DNA of 52,428 nt from a virus (lineage: Duplodnaviria; Caudoviricetes): IMG/VR virus record IMGVR_UViG_3300033153_009436, positions 1-52,428 of that record, one strand, 5' to 3'. How positions within the stretch are numbered: position 1 is the first letter of the stretch; each line of letters starts with the position of its first letter. Both the position numbers and the translations under genes were made by a program. Below, in pieces: positions 47,348-52,428 of this stretch. The notes beneath the pieces are model-generated. The model searched no databases. It saw only the letters and a program-made list of their open reading frames with translations, and had not been told where the DNA came from.

Positions 47348-47734
47348 TTAATATTTTATATTTTTCACTTCAAAATAAATATGTTTAGGTGCTTTATTAA
47401 AATATTTAAATAATGCTGGACATAACCATACATTTAATGATCCAAAAGGAGTATCATATATATAATTAGTCCCCACTGGTGCTTTTATAGAAGATCTTTT
47501 TATCTTAAAATTATGAGTGGGAAAACTTTCTTTAGAAAATACTAAAGTACATCTATCAGCATCTTTAGTTACATGACTTAACATTGTATCTGCTCCTGCA
47601 ACAAATGGTTCTTTAACTAAATCTACATCAGGATCATCAAAAACCCATTGATCAAACCACATATATGGATGAACTATATTAAGTTGATTACCTGTTTTAT
47701 ATTTTCTCTTAAATAATTTTTCTAGTATATTCAT
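47348..47734 (-). CDS. DUF6717-like protein
   Basis: WVFDD...EPFVAGAD...WLCPALFKYF...P pattern. Likely start MNILEK at 47734. Confidence 0.75.
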   Translation of the reverse strand: MNILEKLFKRKYKTGNQLNIVHPYMWFDQWVFDDPDVDLVKEPFVAGADTMLSHVTKDADRCTLVFSKESFPTHNFKIKRSSIKAPVGTNYIYDTPFGSLNVWLCPALFKYFNKAPKHIYFEVKNIKY

Positions 47735-47832
47735 GATTTTTATTTTATAGTTAATAAAGTAAGAGAATACTGCTGTATTATACACTTACGTCTCAAAAGA
47801 ACAGTATTTCTTACCCCTCCACTCACTCTTCT

Positions 47833-48171
47833 CTATCTTTTTGTTTCAAGTATTTCTCTCTCTTTTATATACTTGTGTTGTTTGTACGACACTGATGGCG
47901 TCTTTTCTAATGAAACAATAACTTTTTGTATGTTTTCTATATATAATGCTCCTATTTCTAAAGAAATTGTTTCATTATGCATATCCTCATCTAACCATTC
48001 AATACAATCTTCTAATGTATTTATCTCTTCATAAAATGGATTTATATACATATCTGTTTTTTGTATAATTGGTTGATGATATGTTATTTGAGCATTTACA
48101 GCTAATGCTACTAATGTCATTATACTAAAAAATAGTAGTGCTGTAACCAAACCTTTTATTGAATCTTTCAT
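47833..48171 (-). CDS. Hypothetical protein with signal/TM segment
   Basis: ORF track; N-terminal hydrophobic stretch. Confidence 0.65.
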   Translation of the reverse strand: MKDSIKGLVTALLFFSIMTLVALAVNAQITYHQPIIQKTDMYINPFYEEINTLEDCIEWLDEDMHNETISLEIGALYIENIQKVIVSLEKTPSVSYKQHKYIKEREILETKR

Positions 48172-48758
48172 ATTATAAAATTTTTAGACATGTTTAACAT
48201 AAAACTATCTGGATAACCATTTAAATATTTTTTAATTATATCAACATTAGAGTATTTCAATTTTTCTCTAAGTGTTTTATAAAGTTCTCCTAGTTTTTTT
48301 AATTCATTAATATTATCAAAGTGATTATTAAATTTCACCTCATTTTTACTAGTTTTATACATAATTGTGTATTCATTTCCGTATATAACTATTTTTGGAT
48401 TAGCATCTATATCTATAAACCATGTATTCCATGGACCACCTGTTGAAACTTTTGTAGTGTTAGGACAAACTTCTTTTCCAAGTATTGTTAATTTTTCTCT
48501 TAACCATTTAGGAGTATTTCCACGTTTATGATATGTTGTATTGGTCATATGTTTATCAATATTATATTCTTGATGTACAAAACCACTATAATAAGCATTA
48601 GTTACATTAATTATTCCTTTATCAGTCTCAATCCCATTACAAAAACTAACATCAAATGAATGACCTTTAAATAAACAATTTCTTCCGCCCTTTACTATAC
48701 TTTGATAATCATCAAAACAAGCTTCTATTTTTTTAAGTTTTTTCTCTAACTTTTTCAT
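48168..48758 (-). CDS. Hypothetical protein
   Basis: ORF track. Confidence 0.7.
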   Translation of the reverse strand: MKKLEKKLKKIEACFDDYQSIVKGGRNCLFKGHSFDVSFCNGIETDKGIINVTNAYYSGFVHQEYNIDKHMTNTTYHKRGNTPKWLREKLTILGKEVCPNTTKVSTGGPWNTWFIDIDANPKIVIYGNEYTIMYKTSKNEVKFNNHFDNINELKKLGELYKTLREKLKYSNVDIIKKYLNGYPDSFMLNMSKNFII

Positions 48759-48777
48759 AGTTGTTTTAAATTATTAT

Positions 48778-49161
48778 TTATGGAACATCTACAGTAGAAG
48801 GATCAGGTAAACCTAATAACAATTCATTATCTCTCTGTACTCTTTCTCTAAATTGCTCTGTTTTACGATCATATACTAAACCTTTGTAAGTCAGTATTTT
48901 TGCTCTTATTTCTCCTTCTCTCTCATCATCATCAGGCCAGTAACAATCTGTAGTATCAGTTTCCCAATGAACTGCAGCTTCAATTAATCTCCTCATATTA
49001 GGTTCAAAATCCTCATCTTTGTTATGACCTATAAATACCCTTTCTAATATTTGTGCAGCTTCTTTCTTAGTCATCTCAACACCCTGTTTTTTTCCTTCAT
49101 CAAGAACTTCCTGAGCAGTAATAACAATCATTACTTTATTATCTATCATCTGTACTTTCAT
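48778..49161 (-). CDS. Hypothetical protein
   Basis: ORF track. Confidence 0.7.
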   Translation of the reverse strand: MKVQMIDNKVMIVITAQEVLDEGKKQGVEMTKKEAAQILERVFIGHNKDEDFEPNMRRLIEAAVHWETDTTDCYWPDDDEREGEIRAKILTYKGLVYDRKTEQFRERVQRDNELLLGLPDPSTVDVP

Positions 49162-49170
49162 AACTCTATA

Positions 49171-49353
49171 CTATTTTTTATTAGTTCTTTCTTTAGTTAT
49201 ATGATATTGTAATAATATTGTACTAATCACAATACCAACAATACTTAAACATCCTGCAATAATGAAAACTTCAATGTTTATAGTACTTGCTAAAACAGTT
49301 AAAAAAATAAATATAAATATAGGAATCAATAAAAAAATCAATTTCTTTTCCAT
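49171..49353 (-). CDS. Small 2-TM membrane protein
   Basis: Two hydrophobic helices. Confidence 0.6.
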   Translation of the reverse strand: MEKKLIFLLIPIFIFIFLTVLASTINIEVFIIAGCLSIVGIVISTILLQYHITKERTNKK

Positions 49354-49357
49354 AATA

Positions 49358-49660
49358 CTATTCTTTAAATTTAAATCTTACTGCTACAAATGGTAATACA
49401 ATCATTAAACCATGATCATATGCTGCATAAAATCCAATTCCTTTTACAAACTCAAGTTTAATTGTAGGAATTATATCTATATCCATCTTATATGCCTGGA
49501 TAAATGCTATAACTGCAGCGATATGGAATATTATTACTATTAAAATAAATGTAGGTATATCAGTTACTACATCTATTGTTCCTAACAATAAACCAATATC
49601 TATAACTGCTAACATTGCAGGCATTACTATTAAATACAAAAATTTATATAGTCTCTTCAT
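49358..49660 (-). CDS. Membrane protein
   Basis: Two or three hydrophobic segments. Confidence 0.65.
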   Translation of the reverse strand: MKRLYKFLYLIVMPAMLAVIDIGLLLGTIDVVTDIPTFILIVIIFHIAAVIAFIQAYKMDIDIIPTIKLEFVKGIGFYAAYDHGLMIVLPFVAVRFKFKE

Positions 49661-49832
49661 TTTTCTTTAGTTTTATATGTTTAGTCACTGATTTTTTATA
49701 TACTTCACCCTTCCTATTTTTAATTCCAGGTTGCTCAGTTATTTCAACTATTTGTTTATAATATTTATTTCTTGAAATTTCAATAATCTTTTTTGCTATC
49801 ATTTTTTCTATTTTTATGAAATTCTTCATCAA
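49644..49832 (-). CDS. Small basic hypothetical protein
   Basis: ORF track; start uncertain. Confidence 0.5.
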   Translation of the reverse strand: MMKNFIKIEKMIAKKIIEISRNKYYKQIVEITEQPGIKNRKGEVYKKSVTKHIKLKKNEETI

Positions 49833-49968
49833 TTTTTTGCAAATTATCCATTAGTTTAGCTTCACTTCTCTTTTCTTTGGCTTCTTTAGGCTTATCAAAG
49901 ATCTCAAAGGCTAATGCTTCTTTTCTTAGATGTTCTGCCATTTTTTGAAATGGTGTTTTTCTACTCAT
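49780..49968 (-). CDS. Hypothetical protein
   Basis: ORF track. Confidence 0.55.
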   Translation of the reverse strand: MSRKTPFQKMAEHLRKEALAFEIFDKPKEAKEKRSEAKLMDNLQKIDEEFHKNRKNDSKKDY

Positions 49969-50001
49969 ACAAATATTGGTCTATTATAAAATGGGTTTAT
50001 A

Positions 50002-50217
50002 TCATTCATTTATTTTCTTTATTGAGGTTACATTAATTGGAGTAAGATCATCAAAATAGATAGTATATAAAAAGCCACCCTGTTTTTTTTGTTTTTTACT
50101 AACATCCTCCCAATGTAAAGAATCCTTCCAAATTGGACTGTCTTTTACATTCTTCCTAATATTTTTATCATCAATAGATGAAAATACTTGTTCTAGCATT
50201 AACTTTTTGGTTTTCAT
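50002..50217 (-). CDS. Hypothetical protein
   Basis: ORF track. Confidence 0.6.
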   Translation of the reverse strand: MKTKKLMLEQVFSSIDDKNIRKNVKDSPIWKDSLHWEDVSKKQKKQGGFLYTIYFDDLTPINVTSIKKINE

Positions 50218-50239
50218 AAATTTCTGGTTTTAAAAGGTT

Positions 50240-51021
50240 AGAATAAAAGGTTGAGTGTTGGCCTTTAGTATTATCATTCTGATCCTTTTCAAGATCTTAC
50301 ACACACACTGCATTACGGCAGGTAGATAATATGTTCACGTGAAGTGAAGTTCACGCTCTCTTTACAATTGGGGTCATAGATTCCTTTTCTTACTAACTTT
50401 CTTCCCAGAATTAACAGAATGGCTTCTGCTAGTTAAATAATACTCATTCCTCTCATCATCAGCCTTGCGAGCTTCTAATGCCTACATATTTCAGCAGGAT
50501 AAGAACATTGTTGCCTTTAGTGGCATCCCAAAAGTCTCCAAGTTATTTTGCTTTTTATCTAAATTACTAAAATTTAGTTTAAAGGTTCCAGGTAAATGAC
50601 AGAAGACACTTAGAGTTTATATAATCATGCTACCTTTGGGGTAGTTTAGACTATAACTCCTATCTGTTTTAAGCTGCCAAGCCTACTCACTACGATACAT
50701 TTAACATCAGTGTATTTCTACAACCAAATCAAAATGTCAGTTGATTACAGCTTCACATCCGGCAAGATGTTACTACCATAACTTATCACAATTCTTATTG
50801 ATGTTTCCATCTCAATCACCAGCCTGTCTGATGATCTATATCTCTAGCAACCTGTAGGCCCATTCCAAGACATAGATATTGTAATACTCTTCAGTGAAAT
50901 GCAAGTAAACTTACATCCCCAACCTTGTGCCTTATACACTTAGTCAGGTTTATCCCATTACTGGTTTATCCTTAAGGCCACGAGAGCTGACCTATTACCC
51001 CGAAGGGTTATTCTTTATTCT
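50240..51021 (-). ncRNA. Candidate giant structured ncRNA (~780 nt, GOLLD/ROOL size class)
   Basis: No ORF of 60 aa or more in any frame. Nested long-range stems; UUCG and GNRA tetraloops read on the - strand. Confidence 0.75.
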
Positions 51022-51173
51022 CTAGTTTGTTCATTACACCATTGACATTCATGAAATCTATCACATGTACATTCAATAATGCCATAATTAACTGAATCTA
51101 ATGCTGCATCACCATTTAATAATGATACATCTATAACATCTACAATTCTACAAATATCCTTATCTTTATCCAT
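51015..51173 (-). CDS. Small Cys-rich protein (52 aa, CTC...CQWC)
   Basis: Read by hand: MDKDKDICRIVDVID...ECTCDRFHECQWCNEQTRE. Confidence 0.55.
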   Translation of the reverse strand: MDKDKDICRIVDVIDVSLLNGDAALDSVNYGIIECTCDRFHECQWCNEQTRE

Positions 51174-51189
51174 ATATTTCTATTTATTA

Positions 51190-51573
51190 TTAATTTAAAC
51201 AAACTTCAAATTTATGAAATTTAAAAGTTGGTACATAAGTATCTTCATCCTCCTCTATTTCCAAATACTCTCTTGTCATTTCAATTAAACCCATTTCACT
51301 TGCTATTACAGCAAGTGGTTCACTCTTAACACAAGCCTTTATTATTTCTTCAGTAGTTGGTCTCTTGAAATCATATTTATCATCCATATGATGCTCACCT
51401 GTACTATTATACCAACCAAAATTACGGTTATTAGAAGTAAGATATTCATTACCTTCTGTCTCTGCAAAAATATCACCTGCAATATAACCATCAGCTATAC
51501 CCACTTCTTCACCCTTGTATATACAAAAGGGATTTCTATTTATAAGTTTAAAAGTTCCTTTTATTTTTATCAT
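51190..51573 (-). CDS. Hypothetical protein
   Basis: ORF track. Confidence 0.7.
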   Translation of the reverse strand: MIKIKGTFKLINRNPFCIYKGEEVGIADGYIAGDIFAETEGNEYLTSNNRNFGWYNSTGEHHMDDKYDFKRPTTEEIIKACVKSEPLAVIASEMGLIEMTREYLEIEEDEDTYVPTFKFHKFEVCLN

Positions 51574-51835
51574 TTTTAGGGAGATTATTTGTTATTTCTT
51601 TTATTTTATCTTTAACCCACGTATTCTTCTCTTTCTTGCATTGATCTTTTATTTGTATTACTATGACGGTTGTACATACAATAAGTGTAACAACAGTAAA
51701 TGTAACAAAAACAGGTATTATTCCAAAAGCTCTCTCTAAACCTGCTACTCCAAGAGAACCAATTAAACTTATTATTAATAAAGTTCCAAAGAACTTACCC
51801 CAATCAGTTGGGTTATCCATTTTAAGCTTTTTCAT
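51548..51835 (-). CDS. 2-TM membrane protein
   Basis: Two hydrophobic helices. Confidence 0.65.
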   Translation of the reverse strand: MKKLKMDNPTDWGKFFGTLLIISLIGSLGVAGLERAFGIIPVFVTFTVVTLIVCTTVIVIQIKDQCKKEKNTWVKDKIKEITNNLPKNDKNKRNF

Positions 51836-51846
51836 AATATTTAGTT

Positions 51847-52077
51847 TTAAGGTTCAACCTGACCACCATAATCAGAACAATGTTCTATACGTAAAGGACG
51901 AATTTCATCAAACACATCTTCTATAAGCTCCTCAATCTTATCAATAGCTAAACTTACACTACTTGATTTAATATTTGAAGAATCATTAGCCTCCTTTAAT
52001 TTCCATTTAGTTTCTTCTAATGATCCAATTGCTGTACTAAATACATCATCTAATTTTTCATATTCTACTACTGTCAT
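51847..52077 (-). CDS. Hypothetical coiled-coil protein
   Basis: ORF track. Confidence 0.65.
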   Translation of the reverse strand: MTVVEYEKLDDVFSTAIGSLEETKWKLKEANDSSNIKSSSVSLAIDKIEELIEDVFDEIRPLRIEHCSDYGGQVEP

Positions 52078-52095
52078 GATCTTTAATTTTAAAAA

Positions 52096-52428
52096 TTATG
52101 TTATTGAATCTCCACTTCCTATTGCTTTTTTATTGATGACACCTGCTTCCACAATATCTTTCTCAAAAGCTATTACCTCATCATCATAGCTGTCCCAATT
52201 TGGTTCAGGTTCAATTGTATGATCTTTAACTATATAAACTACTGGTTTAGCATACCATTCATCAGTTGGCAATTCAAAAGCATCTCTTAACTCTTGATCA
52301 TTAATAGAACAGTTAATTTGATCAACATATTCTCTAACCATTCTCCCTAAAGCTTTTACAGCACCATAATGCTGTGTTTCAAATCTATCTAACCTATCTC
52401 TAGCAGATACTACCTTCTTTGGATCAGC
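52096..52428 (-). CDS. Hypothetical protein, 5' end outside the window
   Basis: The frame stays open from 52341 to the window edge (ADPKKVVSARDRLDRFETQHYGAVKALGR-MVREY). Confidence 0.7.
   Translation of the reverse strand, partial: ADPKKVVSARDRLDRFETQHYGAVKALGRMVREYVDQINCSINDQELRDAFELPTDEWYAKPVVYIVKDHTIEPEPNWDSYDDEVIAFEKDIVEAGVINKKAIGSGDSIT

Noticed and set aside
50240-51021. Group I or group II intron
   Set aside because: The region lies between two complete small ORFs rather than interrupting a gene, and I could not see a group II domain V or a convincing group I core. Only a covariance-model search can exclude this fully.

Overview
This is a 52.4 kb AT-rich fragment of a crAss-like (Crassvirales-type) phage genome, probably infecting Bacteroidota, given the TAnnTTTG promoter motifs and A-rich, SD-poor start regions. 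It reads normally in genetic code 11. The + strand part (1-20.6 kb) holds the virion/late genes: a giant virion RNA polymerase (GADFDIDK motif, 5'-truncated by the window), a 1834-aa ejection-type protein with an embedded PD-(D/E)XK domain, lipoproteins, a spanin-like pair, LamG receptor-binding proteins, a cluster of very small basic Cys-rich ORFs (one with a CDGSH Fe-S motif) and a holin. A class II ribonucleotide reductase is inserted into this block in the opposite orientation. The - strand part (20.8-52.4 kb) holds the replication and early genes: PolB, exonuclease, ATP-dependent ligase, a MoxR-AAA/metallopeptidase-VWA cluster with paralogous partner genes, RusA-like resolvase, primase, SSB, Sak4-like ATPase, DnaB, uracil-DNA glycosylase, SF2 helicase, HNH, an initiator-like tRNA-Met and many small ORFs. 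The most striking unexplained features are two ORF-free, highly structured regions on the - strand. One is a ~780-nt candidate giant ncRNA (50240-51021). The other is a ~450-nt tandem array of five folded RNA domains, one of them tRNA-like (28138-28587). All family calls come from visual motif recognition; no database search was run.
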